A DNA stretch of 64,000 nt. Origin: Felis catus (taxonomy: Eukaryota). The position numbers and the translations under genes were made by a program. The stretch is taken from NCBI RefSeq assembly GCF_018350175.1, contig NC_058383.1, positions 7,626,001 to 7,690,000 of the forward strand, read 5' to 3'. The notes below the pieces were generated by a model, which saw only the letters and a list, made by a program, of their open reading frames with translations, searched no databases and was not told where the DNA came from. Positions 1 to 12,879 of this stretch are shown here, piece by piece (position 1 is the first letter of the stretch; each line of letters opens with the position of its first letter).

Positions 1-2030
1 TTCACAACTGTGCTGGGTTTCTATGGTTAAAATCAAGCTCTTGATTATCAAAGACCAAAATCTTGGCAGTTGGAATAGCAATATCTTGAGAGGATGGAGC
101 TCCCCAGTCTCCTGGGCCCCTCCAGATAATTTCTACTGCATTCATGATTACCAAGCAAATGTGATGAGTCACCTCATAATGAGGAACATCTGGTCATAGG
201 AGTTTGGAAATACCATGAAACCAAGGATGGTGTGCAAAATCTGAGCAGGGAAAAGAGGAATTATAGGCAAAAAGAATTGCAGGAATTTTCTAAGGAGCTG
301 TTGCAAGAGTGACTATGTGGACTTGAAGCCTGTGGGTTCATAATCAAGGAAGATGGAATAAATAAAGGAGGGTAGACTGTTACTTTATTTCCTTCTTCCT
401 TTATTTCTCTCTGTCTCTGTCTCCGTTCCTTCCCTCACCCCCATTTTCCTTCTCTTCCTGCATACATTTTGGCTGATTATACTTTGTCAAGCTGACACTG
501 AAGAGGCTAATGGTTCTTGGCACATCGTAGATGAATAAATACCAAAGACTGAAGGAGAAAGGAATGACAGTGTGTTACCACTGCTGTGGCTGCCTCCCCC
601 ACCTACACCTCATCTTCTTCAGAAAAATTCACTACTGATGAAAAACTAAGTAACAAAATCTCTTTTGGGGATGACAGATGGGGAATGTGAGCAAGGGGCA
701 GGTCACGGTAATAGTTGCTCCAGCCAGGAACAGGAAGAAAGGCTTTTAACAAAAATGAAATTACTGATAACACTGGGAAAGGAAGAAACTAGGTGGTTAG
801 ACCCAAGGGGAGGCAGGTCTTAAAGTAAAGCGGGTGGACCATCCAGTCTCTATTCTTTGCTAAAGCCAACCTGACATTCTGCCAAGGGCCATACAGTTTG
901 TTGAAATACCGAAATGCTTTCTTATCAGTTGGTAAATTGCTACCTAGAGTCCCCTGATGCCTCACCCCCATCTACCTGACTCCAGGCCACCAAAACTCCC
1001 TCTCATCCAGCAACTAAAGGGTTAACATCCAGCACAGCTGTTGGCCTCCAGGAATCTGACTTAGTGCTAAAGTCTTCTAATTGACTGGTGACCATGTGGT
1101 AACCAGCTGCTAAATATTTTGAATATCACCCCTAACTGTGGCCACAAAAAAGCAAAAGCCAAGGAGGTGTGGTAATTCGGTGCAAGAAATGGCCTAACAC
1201 ACTGAGTTGAGGTTTTGGCTTCTGCTTAAAGTGTTGGCAGGAACAGAGCAGATAGGCAGGCCTGGGTTCTACTTGGTTTGTACAGCAAAATAATCCTTAG
1301 TTCAATGAACAAAGATGTAACTCAAGCCAGCATGCTACAGAGTCACAGGCCCTCTGGCCATAAAACCATCCCTGAGTCAGTTATTGCCCCAGATCTCCTT
1401 AAAGAGGAGGATGGAAGCCTTGCAGGAAGGCTGCTTTGAAATCATTCAGTTCTCCAGATTGGTTCCTAGCAAAGATTAACAGGCCTTGAAAAATAATGGA
1501 GGGTTACCTCAAGCTTCATTAGGTATATTGATATATGATAAAAGTATTCTTTCTGTTTCTGTTTACCCACACCATCCGGCAGCTGGCAGGTGTACCAGCA
1601 TATCTTCACAGGGACCTAGTCCACTTGATCTAGGGTGACCAGCTCTCCAGTGGGCATGTGATGGTCTGAAAATCCCAGGAAGCCACTGGTCAACAGGGAT
1701 GGTTGATCACACTAATTTACTCCTCCATGAATGTCACCTTAAGCTACTACATTGATGATATCATCCTGATTGGCCTTGAACATTAGGAAGTAGCATGAAT
1801 CTTTTGGTATCCTGCTGAGACATGAAGGCAATGGGGGTGTGAGGTAAAACCCAAAGAAATACGAGGACCTGCCATATTAGTGAAGTTCTTAGGAGACCAC
1901 TGGAATAAAGTACAGTGGAATATCTCCTTTGAAGTGAAGGGAAGGGGGAGGAAATAAAGAGCAAGTTGCTACATTTTATACCCTTTCAACTAATAAGGAG
2001 TTTTGAAAGCAGCACATACCTCTATTCTAA
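1..2030 (+). mobile_element. Degenerate class III (ERV-L-like) endogenous retrovirus internal region, gag and RT remnants
   Basis: Conceptual translations: YRQKELQEFS (about 262-292) and WVHNQGR (about 334-354), both ERV-L gag-like. YYIDDIILIG (1745-1774), RGPAILVKFLG, SKLLHF and KQHIPL are ERV-L RT-like. Many stops and frameshifts. Confidence 0.75.
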
Positions 2031-2422
2031 CACGACTTTTTCTACTGCAAGAAACATTCACTCAGTGGAGTTCAAGTAAGGGAAATAGTTGAGACAGACC
2101 AACTATCCTCGATCTGAGGCTATAGTGGGGTCAGGCTTAGAGCAGGTTGAAACTCAAGGAAGTTCTGGATCCAGAAAAACTCCAGGAATAGGAATTTATG
2201 GATTTACTTCTATCCCAGATGGTTTATGTGGCTTACCCACTATCTACCACCCCAGTTAGTGCTGGTCTCCTTCCATCTGATTCCACATTTCTCACCTGAA
2301 AACCCCAAGAAAGAGAATCTAATTGCCTTTTCTTTTTTTTAAATGTTTTTATTTTTAATAAAGTTTGACATGTACATAATTTAAAAAGTTAAATACTTCC
2401 AAAGGCTTGCTAGAAAAAAATA

Positions 2423-2635
2423 GGGGCACTTGGGTGGCTGAGTCAGTTGAGCATCCCACTCTTGATTTCAGCTCAGGTCATGTTCCCAGTGTTGTGGAAT
2501 CGAGCCCCTCATCGGGCTCTGTGGTGAACATGGAGCCTGCTAGAGGTTCTCTCTTTTTCTCTCTCTGCCCCTCTCCCCCACTCCTTCTCTCTCTCTCTCT
2601 CTCAAATTAAAAAAAAAAAAAAGGAAAAAAAAAAA
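2423..2635 (+). mobile_element. CAN-SINE
   Basis: tRNA-derived head ggggcacttgggtggctgagtcag, (CT)n tract, poly-A tail. Confidence 0.9.
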
Positions 2636-2840
2636 GAAGACCTCTTTTAATCCTTCTCTATTTCTAGCTCCTCAGAAGTAAGCACTTTTTTAGTTGTTAC
2701 AGATGATTATTTTGGTATCTGGTATTTAGCTCCATATTTCCAAATAATTGGTTATATTTTGAATTACTGATATTTTTCAGTTTTCCCATGATCTATTAAC
2801 TTAGCACTGTGCACAGTAAGATCTAGCTTTCATTTCCTAG

Positions 2841-2842
<2 letters not shown>

Positions 2843-2882
<40 letters not shown>
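2843..2882. repeat. (CA)n microsatellite
   Basis: About 20 uninterrupted units. Confidence 0.95.
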
Positions 2883-2884
<2 letters not shown>

Positions 2885-3073
2885 CCCCTGACACTATCCT
2901 CTGAATATACATTTGTTATGTAGTTAGAAAGATATTTAGAGTTATATTTTTATAGCTATGTAAATCTATTCACGATTGAGCCATATGTTATAATGTTATT
3001 ATTTTTCCATTTGTTTTCTTGGAGTTAATAATTGCCTTGTCTTTTTTGTTTGCATAGTTTTCTAGGTATTTAT

Positions 3074-3302
3074 TCTTTTTTTTTTTTAATTTTTTTCAAC
3101 GTTTTTTATTTATTTTTGGGACAGAGAGAGACAGAGCATGAACAGGGGAGGGGCAGAGAGAGAGGGAGACACAGAATCAAAAACAGGCTCCAGGCTCCGA
3201 GCCATCAGCCCAGAGCCTGACGCAGGGCTCGAACTCACGGACCGCGAGATCGTGACCTGGCTGAAGTCGGACGCTTAACCGACTGCGCCACCCAGGCGCC
3301 CC
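3074..3302 (-). mobile_element. Young SINEC_Fc-type SINE with 17-bp TSD
   Basis: Full length; TSD tctaggtatttattctt at 3061-3077 and 3303-3319. Confidence 0.95.
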
Positions 3303-3699
3303 TCTAGGTATTTATTCTTAACGGAACCCCTGATGTATAAATGTCTTTTCATTATTTTCAAACATATGGAGAAGACTGTCACAGAAATAAAGGTGTGTTG
3401 CTGTGCCTGACAGGTGAAGGGAAATTATTAAGTCTTCTATCAGTTTCATTGTCCTAAAGAAATCCTTCCTACAACCTTCTGACCTTCTCCACTCTGGTCT
3501 GGCTGCTGGGTAGGCCTCCGCACAGCTGTTGTCTTGCAATCTCCCTTCACCAGCACCCTTGGGATTCCCTTTACCTTTCTGGTGTTGGATATCTTCATTC
3601 ATGGATCCCAAGTCTTCCTCCTTCTTGCTTAATCCCTTCACTTCAGTAGTATACTCTACCAGTAACTTCTGAGAAAGAGTGCTCAGTAAACATTCAAGA

Positions 3700-4150
3700 C
3701 TGTGTAGCAGAAACTGCGACTCATTCCACCCATGTCTGTCTTCTATTTTTCCATAGTAATAGAGGTTTTAGCTGGGCACAAGATCATCCAAAATAAAATC
3801 TATATTTTTACATTTTCTAGCTTCCCTTGCAGCTAGGAATAGCCATGTGACCAAATTCTGACCAGAGGGATGTAAGCAGAAGTGTTATTTGGCAGCTTCT
3901 GAGAAAGTACCTGAAGAAATAGAGGACAAATGTCCCTTGTTCCTTCTTCATCTTCCCTTCCTCCATCTGGAGGATGCAACCATCCTGGACCATGAGGCTG
4001 AGAGCCATACCCTGGGCATGGCAGAGTGGGGACTGGAATGAAACTGGGTTGCATGGAACAAAGCCACTCTAGTGACCTGTATTTTTATGTGAAAGAGAAA
4101 AAAAATTGTAACTATTGTTTAGGTTTTCTGTCACTTGCATCTAAACTGAC
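3700..4150 (+). mobile_element. MLT1-family (MaLR) LTR
   Basis: Typical MLT1 wording: cttcccttgcagctagg..ccatgtgaccaaattctgaccag..gctgggttcctgtcacttgca-like 3' end. Confidence 0.6.
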
Positions 4151-5460
4151 ATTAATGAAAATATCTTTATTCTAGAGTAATTCATAATTGTATGTTGGCT
4201 GTGTATGAAATTGCAGGTTGGAAATCATTTTCCTACAGAATTCTAATGCCTTCTAGCTTCCAGAGTTTCTATTATAAGTTCTAATTTGGATCATTTGACC
4301 ATTAGAAACTTATATGGTTCTTTTTTTTTTTTTTTTTTTTTTTATCTCTTCAATTCTAAAGCTCACAAGGATGTGCCTCGGTGAGGTTCTTAGTTGTTCT
4401 TAATTATGCTGGGACACTTGATAGGTCCTTTATGTCTAGAAACTCATGCCCTTACAATCTGGGAAATTTTCTAAAAAATTTTCAGTGATACTCTTCCCTC
4501 CATTTTTTTCTCTTCTCTCTTTCTGTAAGATCTATTATTCATATATTGGATCTCTTGAGACTGTTCCTTTCATTATCTCATATTTTCTTCCCATCTAATT
4601 TTGAACTACTTTTTAGGAGATTTCATGAACTTTACCTCTTCTGAGGTTTTCATATTTTGCTTTCCAAGGGTTTCTCACCACACCATGGGTCATATTTTCC
4701 CCGCTTCTTTGCATCTATGTTTTTTTTTTATTGGAGGCCAGACTCTGTGAATTTTACATTTGGGTGCTGGATTTCTTTGTGGTCCTTTAAATATCTTGGA
4801 CCTGCCTGTTGGGATGTAACTAAGCTATTTGGAGATAGTTTGTGACTTTTGTTACCGAGGACAAAAGCAGCATTTAGTCCAGGGCTACTCTAGCTCTCCT
4901 GCTAGGCAATACCCTTTGGAGTATTCTCAATGTCTTGTGTATTATAAGATTTCTCCATTCTGGCTGTTAGGAGTGTGAACTATTGCCAGACTTGTGCAAT
5001 CTCCAGAAATCATTTCGCTTGTTCCTTTCAGGTAGTTCATTATCCAGTCTTGAGTAGTTTCTTCATATACATATGATGATAAGTAGTCAGCTCAAGAGTT
5101 GGGATTAGTGCTCTAAAGATCTTAGGGGCTCTTTCTCTGTCTCTGCAGCTCTCCCTGCAATATTTTGTCCTGTAAACTCGAGCTCTCTTGGTCTCAGTTC
5201 TATCTTCTCAATTCTAGGTGGTCTCTGCGTGGATTGTCCTCTTTGCACTGCAGACTGGGAATTCTCTCCAGGCAGCATGCTGGAGCAATGGTAGGACTCA
5301 CCTCATTCTTTTCCCTCTTCTCAGAGATCACTGTCCTGTGCCTACCCATTGCCCAATGTCTGAAAATGACTGTTTTGTATATTTCGCTCATTTTTAAATT
5401 GTTTAACATAGGAGGGTGAATGCAGTCCCTGTTATTCCATCAGAGGCAGAAGTCTCCTTG
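4150..5460 (-). mobile_element. Old L1M LINE fragment, continuous with pieces at about 2640-3060 and 3320-3700
   Basis: T-rich antisense L1 ORF1/5' region-like sequence, interrupted by a SINE and the MLT1. Confidence 0.55.
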
Positions 5461-6739
5461 CGTGTCTCTTCACATCAGACAGTTTTAAAGGCCACAGGCC
5501 ATGGTATAATTTGCCTGTCTTAGGATCATGGGTCTTCTTACCCTCCAATCAGTTGTGACCAGGGACCATTCTACTGCTACAGTGGGCTCAGTGTGGGCTA
5601 GGGGTAGACTGGTTGATTTCCTTAAAAGAATCTGTGGGCATGGAAGGGTCCATGTCCAACATGTGTAGAAGAACCCTACTGAGGAGTCCTTCTTTGGCTC
5701 ACTTAATTGTTAGCCTGAAAAAACGTCCATTTGAGTGAGAAGAAGAAGAAAAAGGAAGTTTTGAAATTAGGCTGCAGAGCAGGATGCCCTTGTGGCCTTG
5801 CCAACCCAGTGGTGCTGGAGGTGTCTAGTTGACCAAACCACTGGCATGCCCTACAGAGAGTCACAGTGGGGGGCCCGTGGGGTTTTGAAGCAAGACCACA
5901 TTTCAACATACAACTATGCTCTTGTCAGGAAACATCCCCTAGCTTGTTGCTTCTGAAATCTGGTATAAATATCTGGGATGAAAAGTTACCATGAAACCTG
6001 AACTCTACCTCACATCAAAAATGGGCAATCCAGAAGCTTTCCGCTATTCAGTAAATTTCAAATCCTGAATGCCTAAGTTACTTGAGTATGTTGTTTCTGT
6101 CTTTGTACCCTTCCCCCTTCCCCAGTCAAGCATTCTTTTACTTGCCCCATTGTTCCTCATCCTCAACATTAGCCCATGGGAGGGAGCCCACCTATGATTA
6201 ATTAAGCAAGGGTAAATGATTCTGGCCAGATCTACAGATGGTTCTATGTGGTATATGGTACCACCCAGAAGAAGACGCAGAATTGTTATATAAAAAGCCC
6301 ATGGAAAGTCCCATTTTGAAGATGGCAGCATAAAAGCAGCATTTCCCCTTTACCTTCTTGCAACAATCCAAGAGCAATGGGGAGAATTAGAAATGCAGGT
6401 GGAAACACTGCCAAAAGCAGTGGAGTTCTAGCAGAGGTGCATGTGGAAGGAAAGATGGCAAGTCACTGCTATTCCAGATCTCAAAAAGAGCCAGCAATAC
6501 ATTTCTCAAAAGGTGAAGCGGCAAACCATGGAACAAAAAAGCCACCTCAGAGTGTGTCTCAGGTGTCTGGGATGGTGAACTGAGCAAGCAGAGGGGCAGA
6601 AGCTTCCTGGACCTAGTTTAGCTCTGAGAAGCAGAAGTGAGGTGAATGACAATCAGGCAAGCCATTGCATGGGGAAGTCTCTGTCTGGGGTAGCAAAGTA
6701 AAGGAAGGACTTTGCACTATGAAAACCTCTACAAGAAAG

Positions 6740-9115
6740 TAAGGAGTTGGATGACTTCGATGACATAATTAATATGGTAGATCTCATTATGAAACACATC
6801 CAGTTTCAATACCCAATTCACAGAAGTTAGCTATATATTAGGTTTCAAAGAAAGTTTCATTAAGTCACAAAAAATAGAACTAATATGTGTGCATCATTCT
6901 CTGATCACTATGTAATATAACTACACATTAATATTAAAACTAAGGGGGTTGCTTGAGTGGTCCAGTTGGTTGAGTGTCTGACTCTTGATTTCAGCTCAGG
7001 TCATGATCCTGGGGTTGTGAGATCAAGTCCCAAGTCAGGCCCTACGGAACCTGCTTAAGATTCTCTCTCTCTCCTTCTGCTCCTCTCCCTGCCTCATGCA
7101 CACTGTCTCCCTCTCTCTAAAATTTAATTAATTAATTAATTAATTAATTAAACTAAAGGGGGAAAATGTCCCTATCACCTGAATATTTTTTTATTATTCC
7201 CTTTTAAAAGAAACTCATGAGCCAATAAAGAAATACAAGAGGCGCCTGGATGGCTCAGTTGGTTGAGTGTCCGACTTTGGCTCAAGTCACGATCTCACAG
7301 TTTGTGAGTTCAAGTCTACATCAGGCTCTGTGTTGATAGCTCTGAGCCTGGAGCCTGCTTCAGATTCTGTGTCTCCCTCTCTCTCTGTCCCTCCCCTGCT
7401 CATGCTCTTTCTCAAAAATAAATAAACATTAAAAAAAATTTTTTTAAAGAAATACAAATAAGAATACAAAATACTTTAAAATAATAGGGGTACCTGGGTG
7501 GTTCGGTCGGTTAAGTGACCAACCTTGGCTCAGGTCGTATCACAGTTCATGGGTTCGAGCCCTGTGTCTGGCTCTGCACTGACAGCTCAGAGCCTGGAGC
7601 CTGCTTCAGATTTTATGTCTCCTCTCTCTCCGCTTGTGCTCTCTCTCTCTAAAATAAATAAACATTTTAAAAATTAAAAAAAAAAGTACAACATATCAGC
7701 ATTTATGAGGTACAAGTAAAACAGTACTCATGAAATATTTTTGTCTCTAATAAAAAATTACAATAAGCATATAACTCAAGAAATTAGATAAAGAATAACA
7801 AAATAAACCAAAGGGGGTAGAAGAGATAAATTAATAGAAACAATCAGAAATTAAGTTAGAAAATGAAACACAGCCAAATTACTAGATTAAATGGGAAAAG
7901 ATGGATGCTTTTTTTTTTTATTTTTTTTAACGTTTATTTATTTTTGAGACAGCATGAATTGGGGAGGGTCAGAGAGAGGGAGACAGAGAATCCGAAACAG
8001 GCTCCAGGCTCTGAGCTGTCAGCACAGAGCCCGACACGGGGCTCGAGCTCACGGACTGCGAGATCGTGACCTGAGCCAAAGTCGGCCGCTTAACCAACTG
8101 AGCCACCCAGGCGCCCCTCTTTTTTTTTTTTTAAGATTTTTTTTAAGTAATCGCTACACCCGATGTGGGGCTCAGACCCACAACCCTGAGATCAAGAGTT
8201 GCACGCTGTACCAACTAAGCCAGCCAGACGCCCCTGGATGCTTCTTCAATATGATAAAATACAATTTATGTTAGCCAAAAAGTCAACATCAAGACGTATA
8301 GAGAAATAAAGATATACTCCCATGAAAGTAAATAATTTTAAGATGTTAGCTGGTGTATATGTCTCCATGGGGCCTTGCCTCTCCTCTGCCTGCTGGACCG
8401 GATGTGTTCCCTCCTCACTCTGCAGGCATCAGTGAGCATCCTCACGAATTCTGCTTATGGGCCACCTGTTAGCCCCCAGCCTTTCCCATAGTACATCAAA
8501 AGACACAGGTGATATTTTGTTAAGACCCCTTTATAAGGTTCCTATGCCTTGTCCTAGTTCACGCCAATTAAAACTCTAATTAGTAAATGAGAAGTACCAC
8601 CAGACCACAGGCAGACAGTCATAGCCAGAGAAACTACCACTTGGTTGTAGAGTTCCTTCTGATATTTCTCTCCTTATAGTAGAAGAAAAGATGCCTACTA
8701 GTATCTAACTAGTTCTAGATGTTCAAACAACTTAATTAGACAAAAGAAAGTAATTGGGGACAAAAAAAAAAAAAAACCAGGAGAAGCTAAAACTATCCTT
8801 ATTTGAAGTTAACGTGATCTCTATCTGGAAAAATGAAGAAAATTAACTGGAAAAAAAGTATTATAAACAGTAAGTTAAGGGGCACCTGGGTGGCTCAGTC
8901 AGTTAAGTGTCTGACTTTGGCTCAGGTCATAATCTTGCAGTCCGTGAGTTCAAGCCCCACGTCGGGCTCTGTGCTGACAGCTCAGAGCCTGGAGCCTGTT
9001 TCAGATTCTGTGTCTCCCTCTCTCTCTCTGACCCTCCCCTGCTCATGCTCTGTCCCTCTCTGTCTCAAAAATAAATAAATGTTTTTAAAAAATAAGTAAA
9101 CAGTAAGTTAATTCA
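6740..9115 (+). mobile_element. Old L1 fragment with six nested SINE insertions
   Basis: A-rich L1 ORF2-like pieces (tctctgatcactatgtaat, aagctaaaactatccttatttgaag). SINEs at about 6944-7150(+), 7240-7445(+, TSD taaagaaatacaa), 7487-7685(+), 7909-8117(-), 8118-8233(-) and 8879-9095(+, TSD taaacagtaagttaa). Confidence 0.6.
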
Positions 9116-10327
9116 GTAGGAAGCTGGACATAGTCCTGAAGCCCTAATGGACCACCAGACTTCTTGGGCACCTGTCAGGAATGTTGTGGCAGGTCAACTC
9201 TATCAGGTCCCTTCTTTCACAGAGGGTGTGGTGAATTATACACTCTGGAAGGAACATTTATTCTGTATTTGGGTTTTCTTTCCCCACAGGTCATGCCTCT
9301 GTTTTGCCGCTCTTGGAATTACTGACTTTACAGAACACAGACAAAACTGTCTCCAACCAAGGAGCTCACTTCCCAGGGACAGGAATGAGACAGTTGGCAA
9401 GCCATGGGCCGTTATCATATTTCCCATCCACCAGAAGCAGCTGGCCTTACAGAACAATGAAATGGTGTTCTGAAAACAGATCTGGCAGTATCCAAGAGAC
9501 TGCACCTGTGAGGCTGGGACACTTTCTGGTAGAAAGTGACATGTGATCTCAAACAGTGACTGAAATGCAGTGTCAGTTCTCCCTCGGCCAATACAGAGGG
9601 CTGGGGTGGGGGGGTGGAGGGTGGCAGCTCTTAGTATTTTCTCTTTAAAAAGATAATGGTATGCTTCCCATACCCCAAACCACTCATGCTCTGTGGGTGT
9701 AACTGTCCAAGATGAGGTGCTGTCATCAGGGAACTCAGTAAGGGTTCCACCTGGCCTTTTGGAATTCCTCCTCCCGCTAGGGCAATTGCAGCAAAGGGTG
9801 TTCCTGTACTAGCTGTGTGACCCTGATTATAAAGGGGAAGTAGGGTTGTTAGTCCCTGATAGGGCCAGGGAGGGGGTAGAGGTGGTTGCCTCCTTTCGCT
9901 GGGCATCGCCACACCCAGAGGCACAAATTAACAGAAAACCATCAAAATCCATATTAATGTACCAATTTTCCTCCCCCACTATTGTACATATCAGGGTTTG
10001 GTGGTAGCTAAGTCTACCAATTCGTCCCAGGTTTCAGAACAGTGAAAAATAACTTTTGGCTACCGAGAAATAGAGGAGGAATGGGCAGCACTTTGAGACA
10101 GTGAACTCTGAAACTTAGAAGGAACATTTAAAGTGGCCTGAGATGTCACATCTGTCTTATCTGAAGGTGACTTGACGTTGCCTCCTTTTGGGGTCACTGA
10201 AGTACTTTGTGGCTGTGATAACAAACTACACATTAGGGTGCCCAGGGCATAGTTCCAGGCCCGCTTCTGTCTATATGCTGTACCTAAGCAAACGCATCCA
10301 ATTCTGTGGCTTTAAATAACTCCTATA

Positions 10328-10550
10328 GGGGCGCCTGGGTGGCGCAGTCGGTTAAGCGTCCGACTTCAGCCAGGTCACGATCTCGTGGTCCGTGAGTTCG
10401 AGCCCCGCGTCGGGCTCTGGGCTGATGGCTCAGAGCCTGGAGCCTGTTTCCGATTCTGTGTCTCCCTCTCTCTCTGCACCTCCCCCGTTCATGCTCTGTC
10501 TCTCCCTGTCCCAAAAATAAATAAACGTTGAAAAAAAAAAATTTTTAAAT
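10328..10550 (+). mobile_element. Young SINEC_Fc-type SINE
   Basis: Starts ggggcgcctgggtggcgcagtcggttaagcg; near-perfect TSD aaata(a/t)ctcctata. Confidence 0.95.
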
Positions 10551-10805
10551 AAATATCTCCTATATACTGATGACTCCTTCACCTACATTTCCAGCTCTGG
10601 CCTCACCTGCAAATCCAGACTATATATCTATCTGCCTATTTGATCAGCTCTTTGGAGGCCTCACAAGGATCTCAAACCAACGCGTCCAAGGCAAAGCTAC
10701 CAATTTCTGTCTATCAGCATCCCCTAACCTGCTCCTGCTACAGTCTCCCTTTTTTCAATTAATGACACCATAAGCCAACCAGTTGCTCAAAACAAAAATC
10801 TAGAG

Positions 10806-11010
10806 CTGCTTTGCCCAATATGGTAGCCTCTAACTACATGTGGCTATTTAAATTTAAATTTAAAGTAATTAAAATTAAATTAAATTAAAATGTCAGGTTT
10901 GCAGTTTTACTAGTCACATGTTAAGTGCTTGATAGCCAGTAGCTGCCATATTGGGCAGTCAGATACAGAGCATTTCCACCAGCACAGAGAGTTCTGTTGG
11001 ACAATGCTTC
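10806..11010. mobile_element. MER3-like hAT-Charlie MITE inside an L2 fragment
   Basis: ccaatatggtagcc..acatgtggctatttaaatttaaa..ttggacaatgct, with internal inverted repeats. Confidence 0.7.
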
Positions 11011-11319
11011 TCTAGCGAGGTTGCCAGGGATTCCTCTTTCCCTTACCTCCACATGTAATCCATGAACAAATCCTAGGGATTTTACCTCCAAAACATTCCC
11101 AGAACCAACCCATTTCTCTCCAACTCACTCCTGCCGCCCTGGTCTATGCCATCTATGCCACCATCACCTGGACTGCTGAACTCACTTCTTAACTGCCCTA
11201 ATTCCAACCTTCCCCACCTGTAACCATTTCCCCTATTGTAAACAGAATGATTTTTTTTCTCGGAACTGAAAATCAGATCATGGCTTGCTCCTGCTACAAT
11301 TCTTCCAATGATTTCTGTG

Positions 11320-12010
11320 GCAGAGACTGTAGTTTATGTAGTTTATCTTTATGTCCTTTCTTTCTTTCTTTCTGCCTCAATAATGGAACTTCTGAAATTT
11401 AGGTGAGCACATAGAAGCCCAAAATAAAGAACATATTTTCCAGAGTTCCGCCTTGCACTTAGGTGTGGTCATGTGACCAAGTTCTGACCAGTGAGAGCCA
11501 ATGAAGTTGTGTGCAGTCTCCTGGCATGTCTTTATTTTTTTTTTTTAATTTTTTTTCAACGTTTATTTATTTTGGGGACAGAGAGAGACAGAGCATGAAC
11601 GGGGGAGGGGCAGAGAGAGAGGGAGACACAGAATCGGAAACAGGCTCCAGGCTCTGAGCCATCAGCCCAGAGCCCGACGCGGGGCTCGAACTCACGGACC
11701 GCGAGATCGTGACCTGGCTGAAGTCGGACGCTTAACCGACTGCGCCACCCAGGCGCCCCTGGCATGTCTTTAAAAAGACATGTAGCAGGTATGATGGCTG
11801 AAGCTGGAACAGATCCCAAGGTGAACTTGGGAGTGGAGGTAATGCCCTGTGAGCAACAAGATAGAAGAAGCCTGGGTCCCTGTCATGGTGGAGCAACCCA
11901 CCAGCCCTGAAATGCCTACCTAGATTTCTACATGAGAAAGAAATAAACTTCACTTTGTTAAAGTCCCAGTTATTTGAGGTTTTCTGTCATAGGACCTAAT
12001 TCTAACTAAT
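11320..12010 (+). mobile_element. MLT1-family LTR interrupted by a young SINE
   Basis: gtcatgtgaccaagttctgacc..gagaaagaaataaacttc..cctaattctaactaataca; SINE at 11534-11758. Confidence 0.65.
11534..11758 (-). mobile_element. Young SINEC_Fc-type SINE
   Basis: Full length; TSD ctggcatgtcttta; nearly identical to the copies at 3074 and 10328. Confidence 0.95.
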
Positions 12011-12560
12011 ACAGCTTCCCATCATACTTAGAAGAATATTCAAACTCCTTACCAAAGCCTGGAAGGTTCCACACGATCAGTTCTCACTCCGGTACAGTCC
12101 CCTCCATTCTTCCCTCAGTCATCATGCTCCAGTCACTCTGGTTTTCTTTTTCGCTGCTTCAAAACACTGACTTTCTTCCTGCCTTAGGGGCTTTGCACCT
12201 GCTTTCCCTCCGTTTGGGTTGCTCCTCCTCAGATCTTCTCATGGCTAACTCCTTTCAGTTATTCGGGTCTCACCTTAAATATCACTGAGGGACATCATTA
12301 GAGATGGTTCCCGTAGCCAATCTAAAATACCCAGTGAGTCACTCTCCTTTGCAATACCTTATTTTAATTCTCTGCATAGAACTTATCACTAACTGATGAA
12401 GAATTTCAGTTTGTCGTCTGCCTCCCCCTCCTAGCAGGTAAGCTCCATGAGGATAGGAATTTTAACGGGTTGGTTTACTGCTGGACTTCCACTTTCTAGC
12501 ACAATGACTGAAATCTATATTAGACACTCAATACGTGTTTGTCAAATACTATTCCACGGA
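12010..12560 (-). mobile_element. L2 LINE 3' fragment
   Basis: ttcctgccttaggggctttgcacctgct..cctagcaggtaagctccatgagg..cactcaatacgtgtttg. Confidence 0.6.
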
Positions 12561-12879
12561 TAGTGTGCTGGTAAAAGCAGGGTTTCTAAAGTCAGACGAC
12601 TCAGATCAGAATCCTGGCTGGGCCATGCAACAGTTTTGTGACCTACGGGAAGTTGTATAATGAAATCTCTGTAAAATGAGATTTCCTATGGCATAAGGTA
12701 GGAGTGAATGAAATGGCACTTATAAAGCAAGCACTCTCTCTCCTTCTCCCTCCCTCCCTCCCTCCGAGAGCTCCCTTCTTTTCCTCCTCCCCTCGGCCCC
12801 TCATACGCCATTCCTGGTCCCTCATATGCCACTTCATTCTGCTTTTCGTACCTCTCTGCACAGTCTAGCGGAGGCTATG

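Noticed and set aside
6944-9095. Regularly recurring similar units that could be mistaken for an array
   Set aside because: Independent SINE insertions, in both orientations and several with their own TSDs, in an A-rich L1; not a tandem or CRISPR-like array.
10328-10410. tRNA-like A and B boxes
   Set aside because: These are the tRNA-derived heads of CAN-SINEs, here and in all other copies, not tRNA genes.
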